Shown here: one piece after another, positions 20,066-29,838 of the stretch
Numbering within the stretch: the stretch's first letter is position 1
Layout: each line of letters opens with the position of its first letter
Origin: Nitrospinales bacterium
GTDB taxonomy: Bacteria; Nitrospinota; Nitrospinia; Nitrospinales; VA-1
Direction: 5' to 3'
Assembly (NCBI GenBank): GCA_965262115.1
Contig: OZ253496.1
Location: 800,001 to 864,000 of the forward strand
DNA length: 64,000 bases
Program-made: the position numbers and the translations under genes
Notes under the pieces: generated by a model
The model's input: only the letters and a program-made list of their open reading frames with translations
Databases searched by the model: none
Told to the model about the DNA's origin: nothing

Positions 20066-21971
20066 TGACGGAAAGCAATCTCGGCCTGGAAATTCTTCAG
20101 GAAGTTACACGGATCGCCAACTCCACTCTGGACCTAGATGAAACTCTGGAGAAAATAATCCCGGTGATCAGGAATAAAATGCATATGGATGCCTGCGCCA
20201 TATACCTGATCAACGAATCGGACAGGCTCCTGCACCTTAAAGCCTCCATGGGCCTTCCTGATAAAGCCATGCATATTAATCTGGAAATCGGCCAGGGGGT
20301 AACAGGCTGGGTCGCCCAGCAGGGAAAGTCCTTGGCCTTGAGTGAAGCCATGCAGGACCCTCGGTTCGTCTATTTTCCAGAAATCGAAGAAGAAAAGTTT
20401 AACTCCATGCTTTCGGTGCCAATTCTGGCCAACTGCCCACCCCTGGGTGTCATCAATGTTCATAGCATTGAAAAGAGAGTTTTCAGTCCGGAGGAAATCT
20501 CTGTCCTGGAAACGATTGCCGGTCAGGTCACCGGTTGCCTGAGAAACGCCATTCAGTTTCACCAAAACCAGATGACATTAAAAGAAACCCGAATTCTATA
20601 CGACATCAGTTTGGCGGTTCAATCCACCCTCAAACTGGAGCACGGATTGTGGATCATTCTCAGTGCCATCACTATGGGAGAAGCGGGAGGATTCAACCGT
20701 GCCATGCTGTTCACCCTTAACGAAAAAAGCCAGCGACTTCAAGGGATCATGGGACTAGGTCCCGATTCTCAGGAGGATGCTGTGAGAGTCTGGACTGAGC
20801 TGGATAAAAAAAAGGCGACTTACTACAATGGGTCATCAAGGAAGCCCAGCGTGACTTGCATAGAGACTCCCCGTTCCACAACTTTGTTTGCGGATTAAGT
20901 TATCCGGTCACTGCCAACGATAATATTCTTTCGGAAACCGTGCTGCAAAAAAAGCCATTCAATATTAGGAAAGCCAAAGAACATCCACTCGTCAGCCAGG
21001 AGTTCATCGATGCGCTGGAGGTGGACTCCTTCGCCACCGTCCCCCTTATCGCGCATGAAGAAGTGCTGGGAGTCATCCTGGTCGACAACCGTTATGACCA
21101 AAAACCCGTCACCGAAGAAAACCTGCGGTTTTTGACACGATTTACCGTTTACGCCAGCTGGGTCATCGAAAACTCCAGGCTTTTCTCTAAACTGCTGGAC
21201 ACCAACCGCGAACTGCTTTCCATGAAAGAACAACTAGTCCAGGCCGAAAGATTGTCTGCCCTGGGAGAAATGGCCGCAGAAGTCGCCCATGAAATTAAAA
21301 ACCCCCTGGTTTCAATTGGCGGATTCGTCCGCAGGCTAAAAGATAAAATGACCCACCTTTCACAAAAGTGGGAAGACAATAACGATTTAAAATCAGCCGC
21401 TAATTATTCTGAAATTATTCCCAGCGAAGTAGATCGCCTTGAAAGATTGCTCAAAAACACCTTGATCTATTCCAAGTCCGGAGCGCTAGAAACGGAAGAG
21501 TGCCAGCTCAACAAATTGATTGAAGAAGCCCTCTACCTGTTCAAATCGGGGCTCTATGAAAAAAATATACACATGGTGACCGATCTACAAGCAGACCTTC
21601 CCTTGTTAAACCTCGACCGGCAGAAAATAAAACAGGTCCTGATAAACCTCTTCTATAACGCACTCGAGTCTCTCTCTCTGGGCGGACTACTGAAAGTTGA
21701 AACCTTTCAGGAAGAATACGCCCAGAAACAGAAAATGATCACAGTGCGGGTTGAGGACACAGGAGGAGGCATTCCCCAGGAAGTTTTTGAAAATATTTTT
21801 AATCCCTTTTTCACCACCAAACATACGGGAACCGGGCTCGGACTTTCCATCTGCCGGAAAATTATAGAGAATCATGGCGGAACAATTCGGGTGGAAAACC
21901 AATTAGGTAAGGGGGTTATCGTCTATCTCCATTTACCGTTGCAAAACAGCCCCGATTATTATAAAAACTAG
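20066..21971 (+). CDS. Double-GAF sensor histidine kinase, split by a one-base frameshift at 20806-20813
   Basis: GAF domains in ORF 19990-20898; H-box AHEIKNPL and G-boxes in ORF 20856-21971; frames join at an A8 run. Confidence 0.88.
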
Positions 21972-22046
21972 TGTCCTTCTGTCATGGTGAATCCATTTTC
22001 TTTTTTCCGGGATCCTTGACCTGAACCCATAAAAGCAAAACTAAAC

Positions 22047-22412
22047 ATGAAAACCATCCTCGTTGTTGATGACGAACAAAATATCAGGTTTCTTTATAAA
22101 GAAGAGCTTGAAGATGCCGGTTACCGGGTTTCGGTGGCTGCCACCGGCGAGGAAGCCCTGAAAATGTTAGACAAGCAGGCTCCGGACCTCATTATCCTGG
22201 ACATCAAAATTCCTGGAATGGACGGCATTGAGGTCATGCGGAAAATCAAGAGTGAAAAGGGCGATATTCCCATAATACTTTGTTCTGCTTATGGCCAGTA
22301 CAAGCAGGACTTTAGAGTATGGGCCTCGGATGCCTATGTGGTCAAATCGGCGGATCTCAGGGAACTGAAACTCACCATCAAGGAGATTTTCAATCAGCTA
22401 AAAGCGGGTTGA
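22047..22412 (+). CDS. Single-domain response regulator
   Basis: ILVVDDE, LDIKIPGMDG, K-S motif. Confidence 0.93.
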   Translation: MKTILVVDDEQNIRFLYKEELEDAGYRVSVAATGEEALKMLDKQAPDLIILDIKIPGMDGIEVMRKIKSEKGDIPIILCSAYGQYKQDFRVWASDAYVVKSADLRELKLTIKEIFNQLKAG

Positions 22413-22422
22413 TCAGAATAAA

Positions 22423-23073
22423 ATGGCCAAGCAAACCATCGAACCCAGGTTCATTGCTGTTGAAGGCGCTATAGGCGCGGGCAAAACATCTTTGGTCAGC
22501 CTCCTTGAACAACAATATGGCGCCCGGGTAATTCTGGAGGAGAACGATTCCAATCCCTTTATCGCGAAATTTTATGAGGATCAGGAAACCTACTCCTTTC
22601 AAACCCAGATTTTTTTTTTACTGAACCGTTACAATCAGTATATGGAGCTAGCGCAGAGAGACCTGTTTAACTCCGTGGTCGTGATCGACTACCTGTTTCA
22701 ACGCGACAAAATATTCGCCCAGCTCAACCTGGAAGATCACGAGTATCGCCTGTATGAACAAATCTTCAACCTACTCGGTCCCAAAGCTCCGAAACCCGAT
22801 TTAGTCATTTTTTTGCAGGCCAGCACCGAAGTGTTGATGGAGAGAGTTTCCAAAAGAGGCCGGGATTATGAAGCTTTTATGGACCCCGATTATCTTGGTT
22901 CGGTGAACAAGGCTTTCAATAATTTCTTTTTTTACTACTCCGACACACCGCTTTTGGTCATAAATACCAATGAGATCGACTTTGTTGAAAAAAAATGTGA
23001 CCTGGAAGAGTTGATTAACAAGATCAACAGCCATAAAATAGGCAGAGAATATTATAACCCGCTTGGATCCTAA
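22423..23073 (+). CDS. Deoxynucleoside kinase
   Basis: IAVEGAIGAGKT P-loop, FQTQIFFL, KPDLVIFL, RGRDYE. Confidence 0.92.
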   Translation: MAKQTIEPRFIAVEGAIGAGKTSLVSLLEQQYGARVILEENDSNPFIAKFYEDQETYSFQTQIFFLLNRYNQYMELAQRDLFNSVVVIDYLFQRDKIFAQLNLEDHEYRLYEQIFNLLGPKAPKPDLVIFLQASTEVLMERVSKRGRDYEAFMDPDYLGSVNKAFNNFFFYYSDTPLLVINTNEIDFVEKKCDLEELINKINSHKIGREYYNPLGS

Positions 23074-23086
23074 CGGACCGGGACGG
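23059..23086 (+). ncRNA. Candidate pan RNA motif hairpin in the panB leader
   Basis: ccgcttggatcc-taac-ggaccgggacgg folds into a stem with two bulged A; directly upstream of panBCD. Confidence 0.5.
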
Positions 23087-23249
23087 AGTGAGCTTCATAA
23101 ATCAAGGCGAACGTAATTCGGGGACCCCATTGGCGGCCTCAAAATTTTTCATAGCGTTCTCCATGCTACGCTGCTCCCACAGCATTTGCTGCTGGTTTCA
23201 TTTTTTGATTCCCCCCGTTTGGCCTCAAGCCTTATCCGTATAAAAGACC

Positions 23250-24095
23250 ATGGATAACAGGCCTGTCACCGTCCCTGAAGTTTCAGGGAGAAAAAATTCA
23301 GGGAAAAAGATCACCGCCCTGACCGCTTACGATTACAGCTTCGCGAAACTCCTCGACGCAACAGATTTAGACATCATTCTGGTGGGAGATTCCTTAGGGA
23401 TGGTTTCCCTAGGCCATGAGAACACCCTCGCAGTGACTATGGAAAACATGGTCGACCATATCCGTGCCGTCAAACAAGGCGCCCAGCGCGCATTGGTTGT
23501 GGGCGATATGCCGTTCATGTCCTATCAGGTTTCAGTGGAACAGGCAGTGACTAACGCTGGCCGCCTGATTCAGGAAGGCGGGGCCTCCGCCGTCAAACTC
23601 GAAGGGGGAGTCCGCGTGTCCGACAGGGTTCAGGCGATTGTTCAGACGGGAATTCCCGTCATGGGCCATATTGGCTTGACCCCGCAATCCGTCCATCAAT
23701 TTGGCGGCTATAAAGTGCAGGGCAAAAACTATCTCGACTCCCGGCAAATCAAGCAGGATGCGCACGAGCTGCAAAACGCCGGCATCTTTGCTCTGGTTCT
23801 GGAGGGCATCCCCGGTGGACTTGCAGAAGAAATCACTGCCGAACTAAAAATACCGACCATCGGTATTGGGGCCGGCTCTAAATGTGACGGACAGATTCTG
23901 GTGCTTCACGACCTGCTCGGACTGAATCAGGACTTCGTGCCCAAATTCGTAAAACAATACGCCCAACTGGCTGATAGTCTGAAGGACGCGGTTTCCGAAT
24001 ACATACAGGACGTCAGGAGCGAAACCTTTCCGGGGCAGGAACATACCTATCATTCAAAACAGGGAAAACTCAAACAGGTCAACGATGGGGACTAA
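23250..24095 (+). CDS. panB: 3-methyl-2-oxobutanoate hydroxymethyltransferase
   Basis: LTAYD, LVGDSLGMV, DMPFMSY, KLEGG, GHIGLTPQ. Confidence 0.97.
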   Translation: MDNRPVTVPEVSGRKNSGKKITALTAYDYSFAKLLDATDLDIILVGDSLGMVSLGHENTLAVTMENMVDHIRAVKQGAQRALVVGDMPFMSYQVSVEQAVTNAGRLIQEGGASAVKLEGGVRVSDRVQAIVQTGIPVMGHIGLTPQSVHQFGGYKVQGKNYLDSRQIKQDAHELQNAGIFALVLEGIPGGLAEEITAELKIPTIGIGAGSKCDGQILVLHDLLGLNQDFVPKFVKQYAQLADSLKDAVSEYIQDVRSETFPGQEHTYHSKQGKLKQVNDGD

Positions 24096-24960
24096 AATTA
24101 AATCTAGAACCTTGCGAGAAATATCCTCCATTTCCGAAATGAAAGATATTTCTCAATCGTTGCGGAAACAGAACCTGACTATAGGTATTGTGCCGACTAT
24201 GGGTTGCCTCCATGCAGGTCATTTAAACCTGGTCAAAAGATCATTGGAAACCTGTGACCGAACCGTGGTCAGTATTTTTATCAACCCCACCCAGTTTGGT
24301 CCCAACGAAGATATTGATACCTACCCACGCCAGTTGGAGAGCGACATCGAGAAGCTGGAGACAATAGGCGCCGACATTATGTTCCATCCGACCAAAGAGG
24401 AGATGTATCCACCTGACTACAAAACCTATGTAGAAGTGCAGAGCATCACCGAACAGTTATGCGGCAAAAGTCGGCCCGATCTTTTTGCGGGAGTCAGCAC
24501 AGTAGTGTTAAAACTGTTCAATATCGTGCGACCCCATCATGCTTACTTTGGCGAAAAAGACTGGCAACAGCTTGCCGTCATCGAGGCTCTGGTCGACGAT
24601 TTAAACCTTGATGTTGCCATCATCCGTGTCCCAATTGTAAGGGAACCTGATGGACTTGCCATGAGTTCCAGAAACCGCTATTTGTCACCTCAAGAGAGAC
24701 AATCCGCGCTGTCTTTATCGCGTTCGCTTCAGCAGGCCCGGGACAATATTCGCCGGGGGACGACTTCGGCAAAAGTGATCCACGATTCAATCCGGCAATG
24801 CCTGTCTGAGGAAGAAGGAACAGAAATCGACTATATTTCCATTTGCGATCCAGAAAGTTTCAAGGAAAAAGAACAAATACGTGGTAGAACGCTGATCGCC
24901 CTCGCGGTGAAGGTCGGCCCGTCACGGCTCATTGACAATTGCATTATCGAGGAGTTCTGA
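24085..24960 (+). CDS. panC: Pantoate-beta-alanine ligase
   Basis: PTMGxLHAGH, FGEKDWQQ, REPDGLAMSSRN, RLIDN. Confidence 0.97.
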   Translation: MGTKIKSRTLREISSISEMKDISQSLRKQNLTIGIVPTMGCLHAGHLNLVKRSLETCDRTVVSIFINPTQFGPNEDIDTYPRQLESDIEKLETIGADIMFHPTKEEMYPPDYKTYVEVQSITEQLCGKSRPDLFAGVSTVVLKLFNIVRPHHAYFGEKDWQQLAVIEALVDDLNLDVAIIRVPIVREPDGLAMSSRNRYLSPQERQSALSLSRSLQQARDNIRRGTTSAKVIHDSIRQCLSEEEGTEIDYISICDPESFKEKEQIRGRTLIALAVKVGPSRLIDNCIIEEF

Positions 24961-25313
24961 TGCAAAGAATTATGCTTAAATCCAAACTTCACCGCGCCCG
25001 GGTAACGGCAACAGAGATTGATTATGAAGGCAGTATCGCCATTGATGAAGACCTGTTGGAAAGGGTCGGCATTCTGCCTCTTGAACAGGTCCATATCTAT
25101 AACATTAACACCGGAGGCCGGTTCGTCACCTATGTCATCACCGCCGAACGGGGGTCCGGAATTTTTTCAATCAATGGCGCAGCCGCCCGTCTGGCGCAGA
25201 TAAATGATCGTATCATCGTCGCGGCTTATGGTATGATAGATACCGAACAAGAAAGCCATAATGCCCAGGTCGTTCTTCTCGACGAGAGCAATAAAATCGT
25301 CGAAGGCCAATGA
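24960..25313 (+). CDS. panD: Aspartate 1-decarboxylase
   Basis: KSKLHRA, YEGS self-cleavage site, NGAAAR. Confidence 0.97.
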   Translation: MQRIMLKSKLHRARVTATEIDYEGSIAIDEDLLERVGILPLEQVHIYNINTGGRFVTYVITAERGSGIFSINGAAARLAQINDRIIVAAYGMIDTEQESHNAQVVLLDESNKIVEGQ

Positions 25314-25363
25314 GCATTTATTAAGTTTGTCCCAATAGTCCCTTTTACAAAAAAGAGGTTATC

Positions 25364-26113
25364 TTGCCCGATCTTTTTATATATGGCGCCGCCGGATTCA
25401 TGGTCTGGATGTGTCTGGACTGCATCCAGCGCCGCGAGCATTTTATCTGGATCATCATCATGATCATCCTCTTCCCCGTAGGGGCGGTGGCCTATTTCTT
25501 TGTGGTGAAAAACCGCGCTGGTGAAGGTAAAACTGGGTTCTCCATCACTCCTATCCGTAAAGAAGCTGAAACAGAAGAAACCCTGCAACTCAAGGAGCTG
25601 ATCGGAAAACACCACAAAGCCTACCACTACGAAAAACTTGGGCAGGTCTACATCGAGCGGAAAAAGTTTGAGCAGGCAATTCCCGAGTTTGAGGAAGCCA
25701 TCCAACGCGACCCGGAAATGCTGGAAGCCCGTTATGGTCTGGCCAAAAGCCTTCACGGAATGGGCAACTATGCAGAAGCCGCCGTTGCTCTGGAAAAACT
25801 GACCGCCATCGACAAAAAATACGATTATGGCAATGCCATTTTCGGCCTCGCAGAAAGCTATCGTTTGTCCGGCAATGAAGAAAAAGCTCTGGAAAAATAT
25901 CGTGAGGTCATAAACTCCTTCCACTTTTTTAAGGCCTATTACCACTACGCCCGTCTTCTCGACAAAAGAGGTAAAAAACAGGAAGCCATCGACCATATGA
26001 AAAGTATTGTCGGCTCTTCCAAAGACCTGCCCGACTACAAACTTGAAAAAGAGCGGTTCTGGATTGATGAGGCTTATAAATTTCTAAGAAAAAATGGAAT
26101 TGAGTTGGCCTGA
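25364..26113 (+). CDS. Membrane-anchored TPR protein
   Basis: Two N-terminal TM helices followed by TPR-like repeats. Confidence 0.85.
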   Translation: MPDLFIYGAAGFMVWMCLDCIQRREHFIWIIIMIILFPVGAVAYFFVVKNRAGEGKTGFSITPIRKEAETEETLQLKELIGKHHKAYHYEKLGQVYIERKKFEQAIPEFEEAIQRDPEMLEARYGLAKSLHGMGNYAEAAVALEKLTAIDKKYDYGNAIFGLAESYRLSGNEEKALEKYREVINSFHFFKAYYHYARLLDKRGKKQEAIDHMKSIVGSSKDLPDYKLEKERFWIDEAYKFLRKNGIELA

Positions 26114-26240
26114 GCGGAAAACCTCCGCTGGCATAAGTAATAGCTTTTTAAGCCGGGAGCACTAGTTAGCCAGACAAATCTAGGCTTATTGGCCCCACCT
26201 GAGCGGGGGAAGTAAAACCCACTTATGGGTTTCAAAAACA

Positions 26241-26792
26241 ATGACAGTCCTTTCTGAAAATCTAAAGACCCTCAGAAAAAAACTCAACTGCACACAGATG
26301 GCCCTTTCAGAAGTCCTTGAAATCGGATTCAGTACCTATGTCCGATACGAAGCGGGGGAAAGAGACGCGCCGGTCTCGGTCATGGTCAAACTTGCCAAAC
26401 TGGGGAACGTGTCGCTCGACCGCCTGCTGACCACTAAAATCCTGCCGGAAGACCTCGACACCCCGGACCAGGAAAAACCTCAATCCACCATCCACAACGC
26501 AGAAGTGACCGGTGGTGGCATTGAAGAAGGACGGTTGATGCTCAAAGGATTTCTGACCGACAATCTGGTCACCAATAATAAAGAAGAGCAAAAATTGCTC
26601 ACCCTGTTTAGAAAAACCAACCGCCCTAATCGGGAAAAGTTCCTGCTCGACCTGGAATGGGTGTTCAGCAATACCCGAAGGTCACGACTCACCAGCGCAA
26701 AAAAAATTCCCCGCAAACTGGAAAAAGCCCAGACCGCCGTCAAACTGAAAAAACTCGCCAAAAATATCAAAAAAATTACCGTCCGCGGCTGA
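26241..26792 (+). CDS. XRE-family HTH transcriptional regulator
   Basis: LKTLRKK..TQ..LSE..YVRYEAGER..LAK..VSLD.L. Confidence 0.88.
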   Translation: MTVLSENLKTLRKKLNCTQMALSEVLEIGFSTYVRYEAGERDAPVSVMVKLAKLGNVSLDRLLTTKILPEDLDTPDQEKPQSTIHNAEVTGGGIEEGRLMLKGFLTDNLVTNNKEEQKLLTLFRKTNRPNREKFLLDLEWVFSNTRRSRLTSAKKIPRKLEKAQTAVKLKKLAKNIKKITVRG

Positions 26793-26962
26793 CCGGCGAG
26801 CCGCCGGGGGCAACTGCAATAGCGTTAATGACCTAACAACGGGTTAACTCGGCTTAAAAAGGCTTTGCCCCCTCTTTTTAAAGAGGGTCGGGGTAATTTT
26901 ACATTCAGGGAGTTGAATTCCCACAGTCGCGACCACCGAAAGCGTGGAGGTCGACTTACGGC

Positions 26963-27081
26963 CATGGTATTTGTGCTATCCACTTCCTTAAACTTCATGA
27001 GCGTATGATATTTCCAACCTCGGACTCATCCCCGCAAGGGGTAGCACGGGTACTTCCTAAACTTCGTGCCTCAGAGGGGTA
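26963..27081 (-). mobile_element. Three mini-element copies nested in one another
   Basis: Inner 27004-27043, middle 26972-27052, outer 26963-27081; each rejoins to a 38-41 nt family member. Confidence 0.85.
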
Positions 27082-27128
27082 TGACCCCTTTACTTTATCT
27101 GACAATACAAATAACTTGAGGAACGTTC

Positions 27129-27724
27129 ATGCAAACTATTTCACTACCAGAACTGAGCATCGTCTTCATTCCAGCGGCTTTTCTGCTGGCTGTAATGTTC
27201 CACTGGCAACTCAAAGCCTGGGTTGGCCTGTACGCGAATGTCCGTATGCTCCTCCAGCTACTATTGGTTGGCTATTTTATCACTTACGTCTTCGACACCA
27301 CACAACCCCTGGTCATTGTTGTAGTGGTGGCCATAATGATAGCGGTCTCTGCGTGGATCGCACTCAGATCGCTCGACGAGCACGGACCCAAAAACTCTAC
27401 CTCATCGTTCTGGTCTCAATCGGGGGGCCTGGGTTGGTCCTGCTGGCGGTTGTGACACAACTTGTGTTGGAGATGCCACGATGGTTCGAGCCAAGCCTGG
27501 TAATTCCAATTGCCGGAATGATCTTTGCGAATTCAATGAACACGGTTAGCCTGGCAGCAGAACGTTTTGAATCGGAATTCAAACGGGGCGAAAACACCAT
27601 AATCGCAAGGCGGACTGCTTTGGATGCCGCTCTTATACCGCAGATCAATAGTCTTTTTGCTGTCGGATTGGTTGCGCTACCTGGAATGGACGGGACAGAT
27701 TCTTTCCGGCGTGGGGCCAAATAG
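27129..27724 (+). pseudogene. FetB/YbbM-type ABC permease, frameshifted and 3'-truncated
   Basis: RMLLQLLLVGY in frame 1; IPIAGMIFANSM and GLVALPGM in frame 2; TGQILSG in another frame; ends in repeats. Confidence 0.85.
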
Positions 27725-27732
27725 GGCGGTGA

Positions 27733-27772
27733 TAACCCTGCGGGGCATGAAGGCCAGGGTAGGAACATGACA
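27733..27772 (+). mobile_element. 40-nt mini-element inserted in a gggcggtgacgc..gcgaccgcc palindrome
   Basis: Empty host copies at ~28295-28319 and ~29791-29814. Confidence 0.8.
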
Positions 27773-27929
27773 CGCACTCGCGACCGCCTTCTTCTGCGGA
27801 CCCAATTGGTTGCCGTTGCGAGCCGCAGAGCGGCGCGGCGACCCAGTTTAATTTGTTTATATTGATAAGTTAAAACTGTTATTCTTAATAAACAGGTTTC
27901 ATCCCCGACATAAACTCCAGGAGATCAAA

Positions 27930-28295
27930 ATGAAAAAGATATTTTTTGCGGTTCTATTGCTAGTGACGGGAATCTTATTTTCTTCCACCGCTTTTGCCCA
28001 CGATGGTGAAGCCCATGCTAAAGATATGTATGAAGAAGGCAGTGGCGGTTCCTCAATGGATATGGGCCACAAAGCTGGTGCAACGGATCATGAATATAAA
28101 GGTGAACATGCCGGTGGAGCGGAGCATTCCAAAGAATATTATGAAAAGAAATACGGCAAATACGAACATGAAAAACAAGGAATGCAGGAAGAAGGTAGCG
28201 GTATGAAAGAAGAAGCCATGAAGATGAGAGAAATGGAACATCAACGCATGGAAGAAGGCAGCAGAATGCAACCCGCTAGCGAGGGAGGCCAATAG
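27930..28295 (+). CDS. Secreted low-complexity His/Met/Glu-rich protein with repeated EEGS motifs
   Basis: RBS AGGAG, signal peptide ending AFA, three EEGS repeats. Confidence 0.85.
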   Translation: MKKIFFAVLLLVTGILFSSTAFAHDGEAHAKDMYEEGSGGSSMDMGHKAGATDHEYKGEHAGGAEHSKEYYEKKYGKYEHEKQGMQEEGSGMKEEAMKMREMEHQRMEEGSRMQPASEGGQ

Positions 28296-28446
28296 GGCGG
28301 TGACGCTACCGCGACCGCCTTTGAACCGGTTTTAATAATTCCTCTCCCCTTGAGGGAGAGGATTAAGGTGAGGGGGATTGCAAAAAATTCTCATAATTTC
28401 TAGTAGGCTTAAAAGTGGATCGTCTGTTTCATAGCAGAGTCGGCTA

Positions 28447-29232
28447 TTAATGCCTTAAATGAAAATCAACTATCCCAGCTTTACCCGGCCCAAAATGACA
28501 AGTAGCCGTATAAGGCAGTTCTGCACCAAGCAGATTTTTGGCATCAAAATTAATTTTCACCACAACGTTGTGAATTGTAGGAGCCTTATATACACTTGTT
28601 CCTATAAAGTGATGGATATCTAACTCACTGGGAAGTGTTGCGCTGGATTTTATTGTATCTATGCAAGCCGCCCTCGCCATTTACTTATTCCACGATCTAT
28701 CAGCTTGAGTCATTACTTTTTTGCCTTTAGCAATTTCTTTTTCATTAAGAAATACCCTATGCCCATTACGGCAGTCGGCAAAAAATGTTAAGTTGTTTAT
28801 TGGACTCTTCAAAGATAATTCTACAAATTCTATAAATTTGCACTTACGGCTATCTAATACCATTTCAGCGGTACGCCTTCTAAAATGCTCAATTTCTTTC
28901 AAACGAGTTTTATATTTCGTCACTGTCTCAGGATAACCTTTCATTGTATAAGGCCATAAGCCACTAGGGCCGATCCTATTACGATACTTGTCCAGGGAGG
29001 CCTCTTCCAGCATGTTAGTATACTTTGTTGAATAACTAAGAAAATCACGAGTGCATTCTTCCATGTCCAGAGGAAGGTTATAACCATGACCGCTGCTTGC
29101 TAAAAATTTACAAGTCGAATAGCGGTTTGATTCTCTTGTTTTCTCGGCGTTTTCCCCAAATGATAAACTGGTAAAAAACAAGAAAATAAAAGACCCAAAA
29201 ACAACTCGCCTGATATCCGCTGATATTTTCAC
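28447..29232 (-). pseudogene. AT-rich secreted hypothetical protein interrupted by an in-frame TAA
   Basis: ORFs 28681-29232 and 28447-28680 are contiguous in one frame, separated by a single stop. Confidence 0.6.
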
Positions 29233-29439
29233 AAATCCTCCCTATGTTTTGTTGAAAAAAATAACTTTAGCATCTATAAAATAAAGCGTAACCTTATGAA
29301 GGATTAAGACACAGGCCTTCATACTCCCCCGGCTTCGTTTCAGTCAGCTTGAAAGTGATACCGTTGATGGAGGTTGCGGTTTGCTTTTCTAAGTTAATTT
29401 TGTAGGAACCCATCACTCACTAAAGGGGTAAAGGGGTCA

Positions 29440-29478
29440 TACCCCTCTGGGGCACGAGAGTTAATGAAGAATATCACG
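29440..29478 (+). mobile_element. 39-nt mini-element copy
   Basis: tacccctctggggcacgagagttaatgaagaatatcacg. Confidence 0.88.
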
Positions 29479-29619
29479 AGATTCTTGACTACAACTTGCA
29501 GCGAACCCTTCTTTATATCCCTGAAACAAATTCCCCAGACGAAATCATACCACATCCTTCGAGGACCTCAGGATGACAACTAACCCTCTCCCTTATCTGG
29601 GAGACCCGTAAACTAGATT

Positions 29620-29740
29620 CGTCATCGCGAGCGACAGAAAGGAGCGCGGCGATCCAGTCTTTCTGGATTTACCCCTGCGGGGCACGAAAATTAATTAGGA
29701 GATATCACGGCTTCGTCGCCTCTGGCTCCCCGCAATGACG
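29620..29740. repeat. REP-like palindrome cgtcatcgcg...cgcaatgacg carrying a 40-nt mini-element (29670-29709)
   Basis: Second copy at 44339-44484; partial copy at ~27811-27846. Confidence 0.85.
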
Positions 29741-29838
29741 AATAGAGCAACCCCCTCAATCCCCCTTATCAGGGAAAAGTTTTTTATTTTGGCGGTCGCG
29801 TCAGCGTCACCGCCTCACTGCCCGCCCCTGCTAAGGGG

